In this document: one piece after another, positions 1-8,983 of the stretch
How positions within the stretch are numbered: the stretch's first letter is position 1
Layout of the letters: every line of letters starts with the position of its first letter
DNA from: a virus
IMG/VR virus record: IMGVR_UViG_3300007169_000025
Coordinates: 40,018 to 104,017 of that record
Strand: one strand, 5' to 3'
DNA length: 64,000 nt
Position numbers and translations under genes: made by a program
Notes under the pieces: generated by a model
Told to the model about the DNA's origin: nothing
What the model saw: only the letters and a program-made list of their open reading frames with translations
The model's database searches: none

Positions 1-209
1 GCGACAGTAAAGGTAATCAATTTTTTAAAATTAAGAATAGCGCAGGTTATGATTTAAACAAAGAATATTCTTCTAGAGAATTGCGCTCATCGTGGGCAAA
101 GGTTTGTGTATTAGGTGTTGCACCTGTTTATAAAGGACAGCAAACCGGTAAGAATTGGGTTAAAATAAAAAGTTTAAATGATGAATTAGAATTATGGCTA
201 ATTCGTTAA
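1..209 (+). CDS. 3' end of a tail-fibre/spike-associated protein with a peptidase G2-like intramolecular-chaperone C-terminus (partial)
   Basis: Frame from nt 3 reads DSKGNQFF...EYSSRELRSSWAKVCVLGVAPVYKGQQTGKNWVKIKSLNDELELWLIR* (TAA 207-209), resembling the EY.PRE.R.EW..V.LLG...V.KGQ...W.K...W..R tail of IMC domains; not in ORF track because truncated. Confidence 0.6.
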   Translation, partial: DSKGNQFFKIKNSAGYDLNKEYSSRELRSSWAKVCVLGVAPVYKGQQTGKNWVKIKSLNDELELWLIR

Positions 210-213
210 AAAT

Positions 214-221
214 GATAAATA
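214..221 (+). promoter_or_regulatory. T4-type late promoter GATAAATA
   Basis: Variant of TATAAATA box recurring upstream of structural genes throughout the window. Confidence 0.7.
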
Positions 222-248
222 TAAACATATAATTTAGGGGTTTTTGAG

Positions 249-3200
249 ATGGCAACAGCAATTCAGAGACGTGGTGGTACTACTGCTGAACACGCAAACT
301 TTACAGGTTTAGCAAGGGAAATCACGATTGATACAGATAAGAATACAGTTGTGGTTCATGACGGTACTACTGCTGGCGGACATCCTTTGGCTACCGCAGC
401 AGACCTTGCTAACATTTCAGGTACAGTAGGCAACATTGTAGCTGACATTACTAGTGTTATAGCAGGTAATGGTTTATCAGGTGGTGCAAACTCCGGCGAC
501 GCTAACTTAAACGTTGGCGCAGGTGATGGTATTACTGTAAACGCAGATAATGTTGCTGTAAATGTTGCGTTTGTTAGGAATCAGTTTAGTGCATCTTCAC
601 CCCTATCATATGATGCTGTAACCGGCGCTTTTAGCATTACTGAAGTTGGCGATATTAGTGCAGTAACAGCAGGCAATGGTTTAACAGGTGGCGGCTCATC
701 AGGAGCAGTCACACTAGATATTGGTTCGGGTTACGGTATTACTGTTTCTTCAGATGCAGTTGCAGTTAGTAACGTTGATGTTCGAGCATTGTTTAGTGCA
801 GCAGGCGACCTAAGTTATAACGCCTCAACAGGTGTGTTTAGTTTTACAAATGATGCAGGTGATATCGAATCAGTTACCGCAGGTGACGGTCTAAGTGGCG
901 GCGGAGCAAGCGGCGCAGTAACAATCAATGTTGTTGCTGGTCCCGGTATCGATGTTGGTGCTGATAACGTTGCAGTTAATACAGCCTTTATCAAAGGTAT
1001 GTTTAGCGCAACTGACACGGGCGGTGATGGCAGCTTCAGCTACAGCAACGGCGTATTTACATATACCGGCCCAAGTCAAGCAGAAGCTAACGCTAGAATG
1101 GATGCATATCTAGTAGGTGGCGGCGGCCTAACATATACTAGCGGCACTTTTGCAGTTGGCGCAGGTACAGGTATTACTGTTAATGCTGATGATGTAGCAG
1201 TTAATGCATCATATATTAAGAGCTTGTTTAGCGCAACTGATTCAGGCGGCGACGGGTCGTTCTCATATAACGACGGCGTATTTACATACACTGGTCCAAG
1301 TCAAGCAGAAGCAAACTCACGTATTGATGCACGTCTAAGTGGCGGCACAGGTGTTTCTTATACATCAGGTGTTATTGCAATTGGTCAAGCAGTTGCTACA
1401 ACTAGCAACGTTACATTTAATAATATTAATGCATCAGGTACAGTAACCATTGATGGTAACCTAGTTGTAAATGGCAATACTACAACAATTAGCGCAACTA
1501 ACTTAGCAATTGATGATAACCTAATTTACTTAAATTCTAATAGTACAATTACAAATCCAGATCTGGGCTTTGTTGGTAACTATAACGACGGCACATATGC
1601 ACACACTGGTGTGTTCCGTGATGCTACCGACGGCCGCTGGAAATTCTTTAAAGGATATGTTCCAGAGCCTGGTCAAACAATTGATACTTCAAATAATACT
1701 TTCCAGTATGCTGATGTACAAGCCAACGTATTCTACGGCACATTCGTAGGTAATATTACAGGTAATATTAGCACACTTGGTAACTTTACTACTACAGATT
1801 TAGCAGAAGGTACAAATTTATATTTTACCGCAGCAAGAGCCCGCGGCAACATCAGTGTTACTGATTCAGGCGGTGATGGTTCACTCAGTTACGATAACAG
1901 TACTGGTGTAATCACATATACTGGCCCAAGTCAAGCAGAAGCAAACTCACGCATTGATGCACGTTTAAGTGGCACAAATGGTGTTAGCTACAGTAGTGGT
2001 GTAATCAGTCTAGCTAGCTCAACAGCAGGTTCAGGTTTAACATTTGCATCAGGTGTATTAGCAGTTGGTGCAGGTACAGGTATTACTGTAAATGCTGACG
2101 ATGTTGCACTAAGTGCATCAGGCGTAGCAGCAGGAACATATGGTAATGCTACAGCAGTAAGCCAAGTAGTAGTTGATACTTATGGTCGCGTTACTAGCGC
2201 AAGTAACATTGCTATTACTCCAGCAGTAGGCTCTATTACTGGTTTAGGTACAGGTGTTGCAACATTCTTAGCAACACCTTCAAGTGCTAACCTAGCAGGT
2301 GCAGTTACAGACGAAACAGGCTCGGGTGCATTAGTATTTGCTAACAGCCCATCCCTAACAACACCAACATTGGGTGTGGCAAGTGCTACAAGCATTAACA
2401 AGGTTGCATTTACTGCTCCAGCAACTGGTGCAACACTAACACTAGCTGATGGTAGCACACTAGCAACCAACGGTGCGTTTGCACTAACATTGACAACTAC
2501 AGGTGCAAGTAATGTTACACTACCAACTAGTGGAACATTAGCAACACTAGCTGGTACTGAAACACTAACCAACAAAACAATTAACGGTGCAAACAACACA
2601 CTAACTGTTCGCATTGCTAACGATGTAAGTGGGTTAGGCACAGGTGTTGCAACTGCACTAGCAGTTAACACCGGCACAGCAGGTGCATTTGTTGTTAATG
2701 GCGGCGCATTAGGCACACCAAGCAGCGGTACATTAACTAACTGCACCGGCTTACCACTAGGGTCTGTCACAGGCCTAGGCACAGGCGTAGCAACATTCTT
2801 AGCAACACCTTCAAGTGCTAACCTAGCAAGTGCGGTTACAGATGAAACTGGCTCCGGCGCATTAGTATTTGGCACAAGTCCAACCTTTACTACACAAATC
2901 AGTGTTCCTGTGATTGTTAAGACTGGTACTGACGGTGTTGGTGATATCGGACAGAGTGCTAATAAGTTTGCTACTGTTTATGCAACTACATTTAGCGGTA
3001 CATCCACAACAGCAAAATACGCTGACTTGGCAGAAAAGTATTCAGCAGACGCAGATTACGAACCAGGTACAGTTCTACACTTTGGTGGTGAAGCAGAAGT
3101 TACACTATGCGACTCAGATATGTGCCGCAAGGTAGCAGGCGTTGTAACAACAGCACCAGCTCACTTGATGAACAGTGAACTAGAAGGCACAGCGGCAGCT

Positions 3201-3389
3201 ATTGCGCTACAAGGTCGCGTACCTTGTAAGGTAGTAGGTCCAGTTGCTAAGGGTGACATGATGGTATCCGCAGGCAACGGTCGTGCTCGCGCAGAAGCAA
3301 ACCCAGTAATGGGCTCTGTAATTGGTAAGTCACTAGAAAACTTTGATGGCGGCGAAGGCGTTATCGAAGTAGCAGTTGGTAGACTATAA
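249..3389 (+). CDS. Long tail fibre protein (Mtd-like N-terminal domain, Gly/Thr-rich repeats, C-terminal intramolecular chaperone-like domain)
   Basis: N-term IQRRGGTTAEHANFTG...ITIDTDKNTVVVHDG; repeated AGxGL/FTYTGPSQAEA and GLGTGVATFLATPSSANL units; C-term ADLAEKY...YEPGTV...GRVPCKV. Confidence 0.85.
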   Translation: MATAIQRRGGTTAEHANFTGLAREITIDTDKNTVVVHDGTTAGGHPLATAADLANISGTVGNIVADITSVIAGNGLSGGANSGDANLNVGAGDGITVNADNVAVNVAFVRNQFSASSPLSYDAVTGAFSITEVGDISAVTAGNGLTGGGSSGAVTLDIGSGYGITVSSDAVAVSNVDVRALFSAAGDLSYNASTGVFSFTNDAGDIESVTAGDGLSGGGASGAVTINVVAGPGIDVGADNVAVNTAFIKGMFSATDTGGDGSFSYSNGVFTYTGPSQAEANARMDAYLVGGGGLTYTSGTFAVGAGTGITVNADDVAVNASYIKSLFSATDSGGDGSFSYNDGVFTYTGPSQAEANSRIDARLSGGTGVSYTSGVIAIGQAVATTSNVTFNNINASGTVTIDGNLVVNGNTTTISATNLAIDDNLIYLNSNSTITNPDLGFVGNYNDGTYAHTGVFRDATDGRWKFFKGYVPEPGQTIDTSNNTFQYADVQANVFYGTFVGNITGNISTLGNFTTTDLAEGTNLYFTAARARGNISVTDSGGDGSLSYDNSTGVITYTGPSQAEANSRIDARLSGTNGVSYSSGVISLASSTAGSGLTFASGVLAVGAGTGITVNADDVALSASGVAAGTYGNATAVSQVVVDTYGRVTSASNIAITPAVGSITGLGTGVATFLATPSSANLAGAVTDETGSGALVFANSPSLTTPTLGVASATSINKVAFTAPATGATLTLADGSTLATNGAFALTLTTTGASNVTLPTSGTLATLAGTETLTNKTINGANNTLTVRIANDVSGLGTGVATALAVNTGTAGAFVVNGGALGTPSSGTLTNCTGLPLGSVTGLGTGVATFLATPSSANLASAVTDETGSGALVFGTSPTFTTQISVPVIVKTGTDGVGDIGQSANKFATVYATTFSGTSTTAKYADLAEKYSADADYEPGTVLHFGGEAEVTLCDSDMCRKVAGVVTTAPAHLMNSELEGTAAAIALQGRVPCKVVGPVAKGDMMVSAGNGRARAEANPVMGSVIGKSLENFDGGEGVIEVAVGRL
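1066..1973 (+). repeat. Three intragenic copies of the TGPSQAEANxRxDAxL coding unit (about 1066, 1291, 1921)
   Basis: Near-identical ccaagtcaagcagaagc...gatgca DNA at three positions. Confidence 0.85.
2241..2871 (+). repeat. ~100-bp intragenic direct repeat (about 2241-2340 and 2772-2871) encoding GLGTGVATFLATPSSANLAxAVTDETGSGALVF
   Basis: Shared gcaacattcttagcaacaccttcaagtgctaacctagca core; partial third copy near 2631. Confidence 0.85.
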
Positions 3390-3410
3390 TTTAATTTAAA
3401 ATTAAACATT

Positions 3411-3437
3411 AAAAGGCTAGGTAACTAGCCTTTTTTT
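3411..3437 (+). terminator. Intrinsic terminator
   Basis: aaaaggctag-gtaa-ctagcctttt followed by T run. Confidence 0.85.
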
Positions 3438-3481
3438 GTGGCTTTTGTTTGTATAGTAATATAATGATTATTAGTCTTAAG

Positions 3482-3489
3482 TATAAATA
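3482..3489 (+). promoter_or_regulatory. Late promoter TATAAATA heading the curli/cyclase operon
   Basis: Exact T4 late consensus downstream of the terminator and upstream of ORF 3558. Confidence 0.65.
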
Positions 3490-3557
3490 ATAGCGTAAGT
3501 ACACATACAATTAACACACACCTTAAAAACAAATACTAACACAAAGGTGGTGTCCCC

Positions 3558-3839
3558 ATGGAACAGATTTTTCAGCTTATCGGTGAGGTAGGGTTCCCTA
3601 TTGCCGGATCGTTGATTGCTGGCTATTTTATCTTTCTTAGCGTTAGTTACATTTTACAAGGTGTGACTAAACAGGTATTGGGTTTAAAAGGTATTATTAC
3701 TGCATTAGATAATCGTGTCAAAACTATGAATAATGACATTATTCGCGTTGATATGACTATAAGCAATGTTATAGGACTTAAACCTGATATTGACCGTATT
3801 GCGAGAGCAGACGGTAAGGTAGACGCAAGGAGAGATTAA
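3558..3839 (+). CDS. Small membrane/coiled-coil protein (YvrJ-like GFPI motif)
   Basis: IGEVGFPIAG + one TM helix + ALDNRVKTMNNDIIR; paralogue of 4004-4309. Confidence 0.7.
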   Translation: MEQIFQLIGEVGFPIAGSLIAGYFIFLSVSYILQGVTKQVLGLKGIITALDNRVKTMNNDIIRVDMTISNVIGLKPDIDRIARADGKVDARRD

Positions 3840-3840
3840 A

Positions 3841-4017
3841 ATGTTGTTTGTAGATTATGTGTTTTCATTAGTTGGCGATAATATTTTAATGGATGCTGAG
3901 TTAACACCTCAGCACATTAAAGTAAAAGACGGCGACAAGTTTGAAGTAGTGATTAATAATAATCAAATTCTATTTAGAAAGATAATCCAAGAGGTATCTT
4001 TAAATGGACGCGATTAA
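3841..4017 (+). CDS. 58-aa hypothetical protein, AbrB/SpoVT-like C-terminal pattern
   Basis: Read manually: MLFVDYVFSLVGDNILMDAELTPQHIKVKDGDKFEVVINNNQILFRKIIQEVSLNGRD*; SD aggag upstream; fills the gap between the paralogues. Confidence 0.6.
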   Translation: MLFVDYVFSLVGDNILMDAELTPQHIKVKDGDKFEVVINNNQILFRKIIQEVSLNGRD

Positions 4018-4309
4018 TTTAACACAGCTATCGGAAGTTATAAGCAAATATGGTTTCCCTATAGTATCTAGTGTACTTTTGTTATATCTGGTATACTATA
4101 TTTGGAAATACATTACAGAAAATATCACACCCACATTAATAGAAAGCAATGTGACTTTAGTTGCACTTATTGATAGAATTCGTATGCTGGATAACGATAT
4201 TATTCGTTTACAGCAAAAACTTGATACTGTTATTGTGTTGAGAGATATTGAAGAAATAAGGGAATCAGCACATGGGAAGCCGACTAACAAAACTGAGAAA
4301 AATATTTGA
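4004..4309 (+). CDS. Small membrane/coiled-coil protein (YvrJ-like GFPI motif), paralogue of 3558-3839
   Basis: ISKYGFPIVSS + TM + LIDRIRMLDNDIIR. Confidence 0.7.
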   Translation: MDAINLTQLSEVISKYGFPIVSSVLLLYLVYYIWKYITENITPTLIESNVTLVALIDRIRMLDNDIIRLQQKLDTVIVLRDIEEIRESAHGKPTNKTEKNI

Positions 4310-4493
4310 TTTTTCAAAGCTGAAAAAAATATTTAATCTGGGGAACAGACACATGAACATGAAATTAAAGATGGAAGTCTTAAAAGTATTTTTACTAGAG
4401 TTTGAATTATCTAGTGAAAAGAAACACAATGAGGAAGAAAAAAATGAGAGTAAAGAAGATCCTGCTCCTAAGCATCCTGGCGGCATTCAGTAG
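4272..4493 (+). CDS. Hypothetical protein (start uncertain)
   Basis: ORF bridging 4309 and the csgF start, overlapping both. Confidence 0.4.
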   Translation: MGSRLTKLRKIFDFSKLKKIFNLGNRHMNMKLKMEVLKVFLLEFELSSEKKHNEEEKNESKEDPAPKHPGGIQ

Positions 4494-4911
4494 TGCGGCT
4501 TCGGCTTCCGAAATAGTTCATCAATTTAACAGCCCTGCTTTTAGTGGTATTGGATTCACACAACATGTGTTGAGCATCTATAATCAAGAACAGGCAGCAA
4601 AACAAAAAATTAAAGATGAAAAAGCTCAAGCAGAGGCAAAAGCAGAATTAAAATTAATGCAAGATCCAATCTATCGTTTCAAGCAAGCTCTTGAAAGTAG
4701 AATGTATCAAGAACTTGCAAAACAGATTACTGATAATTTGTTTGGCGAAGGTGGAGTAACCGAAGGGTTAATTAACTTCCCAACAGGCGGCAGTGTTGCA
4801 TATAAAAAATTAGGCAATGAAATTGAACTTACAATTACAGATGCAAATGGTACTGTTACAGTTATTAAAGTTCCTGTAGCAACAGTAATTAATGCATCAG
4901 GTGGTGGCTAA
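4444..4911 (+). CDS. csgF: Curli assembly protein CsgF-like
   Basis: Signal peptide ending ASA, then SEIVHQFNSPAFSG (CsgF N-term FxNPxFGG-like) and LAKQITDNLFG...ITDANGTVTVIKVP; directly upstream of csgG; start moved to ATG 4444 after gagg. Confidence 0.8.
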   Translation: MRVKKILLLSILAAFSSAASASEIVHQFNSPAFSGIGFTQHVLSIYNQEQAAKQKIKDEKAQAEAKAELKLMQDPIYRFKQALESRMYQELAKQITDNLFGEGGVTEGLINFPTGGSVAYKKLGNEIELTITDANGTVTVIKVPVATVINASGGG

Positions 4912-4912
4912 T

Positions 4913-5830
4913 ATGAAAAAAATATCAATAGCATTACTAGCAAGTGTAAGTCTTGTATTGAGTGGATGTGCAAGTTATTCACAAATGGATAAGTTGTTTA
5001 CTAAAACGCAATTTCAAGATGCAAAAATTGAACCCACAACGCTAGACCGTCCAGAGTTTGTGTTACCAAAGCCAGCTAACGGTCCTGTTGTGGTTGCAGT
5101 TTACAATTTCCTAGATAGGACCGGTCAGCGTAAGCCAAGTCCAATGGTTGCACAGTTAAGCAGCGCAGTTACACAAGGAGCTGAAACGTACTTAATGAAA
5201 GCACTTCAAGATGTGGGCGGCGGAGGCTGGTTTAAGGTTGTTGAACGTGTGGGCTTAGACAACTTAATGAAGGAACGTCAGATGATTCGTCAGATGAGAG
5301 AAATCTATGACGGGCAAAATGCAAAACCATTACCACCAATGTTGTTTGCAGGTATCTTAGTAGAAGGTGGTATCGTAGGTTATGATAGTAATATCATAAC
5401 AGGCGGTAGCGGTATGCGTATACTAGGCATCGGACCACAAACACAGTATCAAGCAGACATGATTACAGTTAGTCTAAGAGTAGTAAGTGTTACAACTGGC
5501 GAAGTTTTAGTTAGTATCACAACTACAAAGACTGTATACAGTTACATGGATAAGTTAGGTGTACTACGATTTGTAGAAGCCGGTACTAAATCTATTGAAG
5601 CTGAAGTAGGTATGGGTGTAAATGAAAGCGCAAACAGAGCAACTAATATGGCTATTCAAGCCGCAGTAGTTGAAATGATTCGCGAAGGGCAGAGAAAAGG
5701 CTTCTGGGAGTATGATCCAAAATCTGTAGAGGAAATTGAACAAGCTCAAGCAGCTAAAAAGAAAGAAAAGAAAGTTGAGAAAAATCTCAAAGTAGATAAT
5801 GTTTTTGAAAAAGGAGAGCTAAATGACTAA
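4913..5830 (+). CDS. csgG: Curli secretion channel CsgG-like outer-membrane lipoprotein
   Basis: Lipobox LVLSGC; AVYNFLDRTGQRK, SSAVTQG, WFKVVERVGLDNLMKERQMIR, EGGIVGYD motifs typical of CsgG. Confidence 0.9.
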   Translation: MKKISIALLASVSLVLSGCASYSQMDKLFTKTQFQDAKIEPTTLDRPEFVLPKPANGPVVVAVYNFLDRTGQRKPSPMVAQLSSAVTQGAETYLMKALQDVGGGGWFKVVERVGLDNLMKERQMIRQMREIYDGQNAKPLPPMLFAGILVEGGIVGYDSNIITGGSGMRILGIGPQTQYQADMITVSLRVVSVTTGEVLVSITTTKTVYSYMDKLGVLRFVEAGTKSIEAEVGMGVNESANRATNMAIQAAVVEMIREGQRKGFWEYDPKSVEEIEQAQAAKKKEKKVEKNLKVDNVFEKGELND

Positions 5831-6515
5831 GACATTTATGGGCTTAATGTTAAGCCTCGCGATGGCGTTGGGCTCTACTGGTGCATATGCTCAAGCAACT
5901 AGCACAACCAATAAAGTTTTTATTGATCAAGTTGGTAGTAGCAACACAGTTACATTAACACAAACTGGTAGCGGCAATAACATTGGTGTAAGCGCCAGTG
6001 ATTATGCAACTATCACCGGCAATAGCAATTCAGTAACAATGACCCAAACTGGCGATAACAATAAAGCCAATTATAAAATAACAGGTAATGGTAATACATA
6101 TACTAGTGTAGTAACTGGTAATAGTAACGATATACTTGTAACTTGCGGTACTAGCAACGGTGCATGTACTGGTGTTACAATTGATCAAAACATTCAAGGT
6201 AATACAAACAAACTAGTAGAAACAATCTCAGGTAGTGCTATTAGCAGCAAGACCAAGATTGTTGGTGGTTTAAACGACCTAGCATACACATTAAGCAGCA
6301 GCAACGGTAAGTTAGATGTTGATATTGCTGGCGACAGCAACGTTATGCGTCATACACAAACTGGCGCCGCAGGTGTTAGCGGCCATGACCTAAAAGTAGT
6401 ATTAACTGGTTCATTAAACCAAGTAACAACTACACAGGCAGGTACTATTGATACCACTGTGAACATTAAAATTAATGGTGGTAGTAACATCATCAATGTT
6501 ACAACCAATAACTAA
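5823..6515 (+). CDS. Secreted curlin-like repeat protein
   Basis: Signal peptide (AYA); repeated IxQxGxxN/TQTGxxN beta-arc units. Confidence 0.75.
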   Translation: MTKTFMGLMLSLAMALGSTGAYAQATSTTNKVFIDQVGSSNTVTLTQTGSGNNIGVSASDYATITGNSNSVTMTQTGDNNKANYKITGNGNTYTSVVTGNSNDILVTCGTSNGACTGVTIDQNIQGNTNKLVETISGSAISSKTKIVGGLNDLAYTLSSSNGKLDVDIAGDSNVMRHTQTGAAGVSGHDLKVVLTGSLNQVTTTQAGTIDTTVNIKINGGSNIINVTTNN

Positions 6516-7591
6516 TGTTTCGTTGGTTTAACACACTAGTTTTTGCGTGTTTGATTAGTTCAGTGCCAGCTTGGGCTGAGATTGGTAAAATCTCAACTCA
6601 GGTTGGCCCTGACTCTTCTATTCAACGAGGCAAACAAATTATTGCTGGTAAACCTAATACAGGTATTGTGTCTAATGATACTGTTAGTACTCGTAAGGGT
6701 ACAACACTAAACATTAATTTTAAAGATAATACAAAAGTAAAAATTACCGAAAACAGTCGTTTAGTAATAGACGACTTTGTTTACGATCCAAAGAAAAGTG
6801 ACGCTGGTAGATTAGCAATGAAGGTATCAATGGGTACTGTTCGTTATGCCAGCGGTCAGATTGCAAAAGTAAATCCTCAGCGTATTAATATTAAAACGCC
6901 TAGTGCTGCAATTGCAGTTAGAGGTACAGATTTTCACATGACCGTCGACGAAGCAGGCAGAAGTCTAGTAGTACTAGTGCCTAGCTGCCGTGACGAGAAT
7001 GAAGTTATTCGCAGCGATGAAGAAAAATTAATTAATTGCCAAACCGGTAAAATTATAGTAGAAAATGCAGCAGGATCTGTAGAATTAACAGAACCATTCA
7101 GCGCCACATATGTGTCAAACTTTGATGCATCTCCGAGCGCAGCTATTATTTTAAAGCTAACAACAGTTGACCCTAGAATTAGTTTTGACAGTCAAGTTAC
7201 TAATGATTTAATTATTAGTCCTCCTGAGGCAGTTCAGGAGCAAATGGCTAAAACTACAAAAGAAAATAATTTTGAGGAAGATGAAGAAGAAACGGTAACT
7301 AGAACCGCTAATGCAGACGCAGCTAAAAGCAAAAAAGAAGATTCTAAGGTAGTTGCTGTGACCACGTCTACTAGTACAAGCAAAACTTGTTCTGAGAAGA
7401 TTATTTGCGTAGAAGTAAATCCATATGTAACTTTTTATAGAACTACTGATAGCGACCATTATGCTGAAGTAAGAGCAAGATTAAATTCTAATTTAACCTT
7501 AACTATAATTCATAACGGTGATGAGGGTAAGTTGGGTTGGGGACCTGCGCCTAACTCTGGTAATCAAGTAATTATTAGGCAGAGCAAATGA
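6515..7591 (+). CDS. FecR-domain periplasmic protein
   Basis: Signal peptide; FKDNTKVKITENSRLVIDDFVYDP, GTVRYASG, IKTPSAAIAVRGTDF. Confidence 0.85.
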   Translation: MFRWFNTLVFACLISSVPAWAEIGKISTQVGPDSSIQRGKQIIAGKPNTGIVSNDTVSTRKGTTLNINFKDNTKVKITENSRLVIDDFVYDPKKSDAGRLAMKVSMGTVRYASGQIAKVNPQRINIKTPSAAIAVRGTDFHMTVDEAGRSLVVLVPSCRDENEVIRSDEEKLINCQTGKIIVENAAGSVELTEPFSATYVSNFDASPSAAIILKLTTVDPRISFDSQVTNDLIISPPEAVQEQMAKTTKENNFEEDEEETVTRTANADAAKSKKEDSKVVAVTTSTSTSKTCSEKIICVEVNPYVTFYRTTDSDHYAEVRARLNSNLTLTIIHNGDEGKLGWGPAPNSGNQVIIRQSK

Positions 7592-8982
7592 GAAAGATTT
7601 TAGCAGCACTATTGTTTTTCATAAGTGTGCCAGTAGCAGCACAAGAAGCTAACTTTGGTTTTGAAAATGGCAACTACACTAACTGGACTGTTAGTAATGG
7701 CAGCACCACAGTAAAGACTGGTGGTTGGAGCAGTAACGGCTCAGGCGCACAAGTAACAACAGGTATGAGTAACTACTGCCCGGGCGGCGGCAAATGTTGG
7801 ACAGTTACCCCTTATGGCACATACATGATGTCTATCCAAGCTGGTGGTGGTTCTCCAACGTTTGATAGCTCAATGTCAACTCTTGGATTTACCAGTGCCG
7901 AAACAACATCAATTAAAAATACCATTTACCAGAATGGTAACATGTACCCAACAAACGCTTCTTATGCTAGACGCAGTGTAGTACTAGAAGCTGGCAAAAC
8001 ATATACCTATGCGTGGAACTACGTGAGTACAGACTATACTCCGTACAATGATGGGTCGATGGTGGTAGTTACTGGTCCTGCTGGTCCTGTTACAGTTAAT
8101 GGTCAACAAAAATACGCACTACTAGGTTTTACTAATCCAGGAACCGGTAACTATTCAACTGGCAGCTATGGCTCAACAGGTTGGCAACAGATTGTTATTA
8201 CAGTAAGTGTAACAGGCACTTACGACTTAGCATTTATATCTTTTAACTTAGGTGATACAGCACTAAGTCCAATTCTATTCATTGACGAAATTATAGGTGC
8301 TACCTTACTAAATGGCCAAACCTTTACATCAGTTCAACCAAACTCGGGAAGTACTGCCCCTCCACCACCTAGTGAACCAACCGTGCCAGAATATTGCTGC
8401 GGCGGCAGTGGTAGTTCGTTTAATGCCAGTACTGTTAATACAAATAAAGTTAACACATTCTCAAGTAGAACAGTAAAAGATTCTAAAGTTATTATTGAAC
8501 AGATTGGTTCTAGTAATAGTATTACTATAACACAAAGTGGTACAAGAGAAAACTATTTCAAGTATTACAGCAGCGGCAATAACAATACTACAACTGCTAC
8601 ACAAAGTGGCACAAATAATTCTGTAACTAATTACATGGACTTAACAGTTAACGGTAGCAGTAATAGTTTAACACTAAGTCAAACTGGCACAGGCGGCGCA
8701 AAAGGAATCTTTGCTAGTGTGTCAAATAATAATAATACGCTAAATATCCTGCAAAAAGATGGTGGTAATCATTATCTGGATCTAGCATTAACCGGTGGTA
8801 GCAAATCTGTTACTGTCGTTCAAGAAGGAAGTGCAGGCCATATGGCTAAGATTGACTTGTCAGGCAACCCAACAAGTCTTAGCCTAACACAAGTTGGCGC
8901 TACACAAAACTTCTATTCAATAACTCACAGTTGTGCTACAGCAGGCGGCTGCGGCACAATTACAGTAACACAAGGACAATAA
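7588..8982 (+). CDS. Secreted protein: N-terminal beta-sandwich-like domain, Pro linker, C-terminal curlin-like repeats
   Basis: Signal peptide; GFENGNYTNW domain start; PPPP linker; IEQIGSSN/QSG..N repeats; terminal Cys pair. Confidence 0.7.
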   Translation: MRKILAALLFFISVPVAAQEANFGFENGNYTNWTVSNGSTTVKTGGWSSNGSGAQVTTGMSNYCPGGGKCWTVTPYGTYMMSIQAGGGSPTFDSSMSTLGFTSAETTSIKNTIYQNGNMYPTNASYARRSVVLEAGKTYTYAWNYVSTDYTPYNDGSMVVVTGPAGPVTVNGQQKYALLGFTNPGTGNYSTGSYGSTGWQQIVITVSVTGTYDLAFISFNLGDTALSPILFIDEIIGATLLNGQTFTSVQPNSGSTAPPPPSEPTVPEYCCGGSGSSFNASTVNTNKVNTFSSRTVKDSKVIIEQIGSSNSITITQSGTRENYFKYYSSGNNNTTTATQSGTNNSVTNYMDLTVNGSSNSLTLSQTGTGGAKGIFASVSNNNNTLNILQKDGGNHYLDLALTGGSKSVTVVQEGSAGHMAKIDLSGNPTSLSLTQVGATQNFYSITHSCATAGGCGTITVTQGQ

Positions 8983-8983
8983 C

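Noticed and set aside
2180-2875. 231-aa minus-strand ORF
   Set aside because: Antisense shadow of the fibre gene caused by codon bias; no RBS or motifs
249-3389. Diversity-generating retroelement suggested by the Mtd-like N-terminus and repeats
   Set aside because: No reverse transcriptase or non-coding template repeat in the window; the repeats are in-frame and their differences are not adenine-specific
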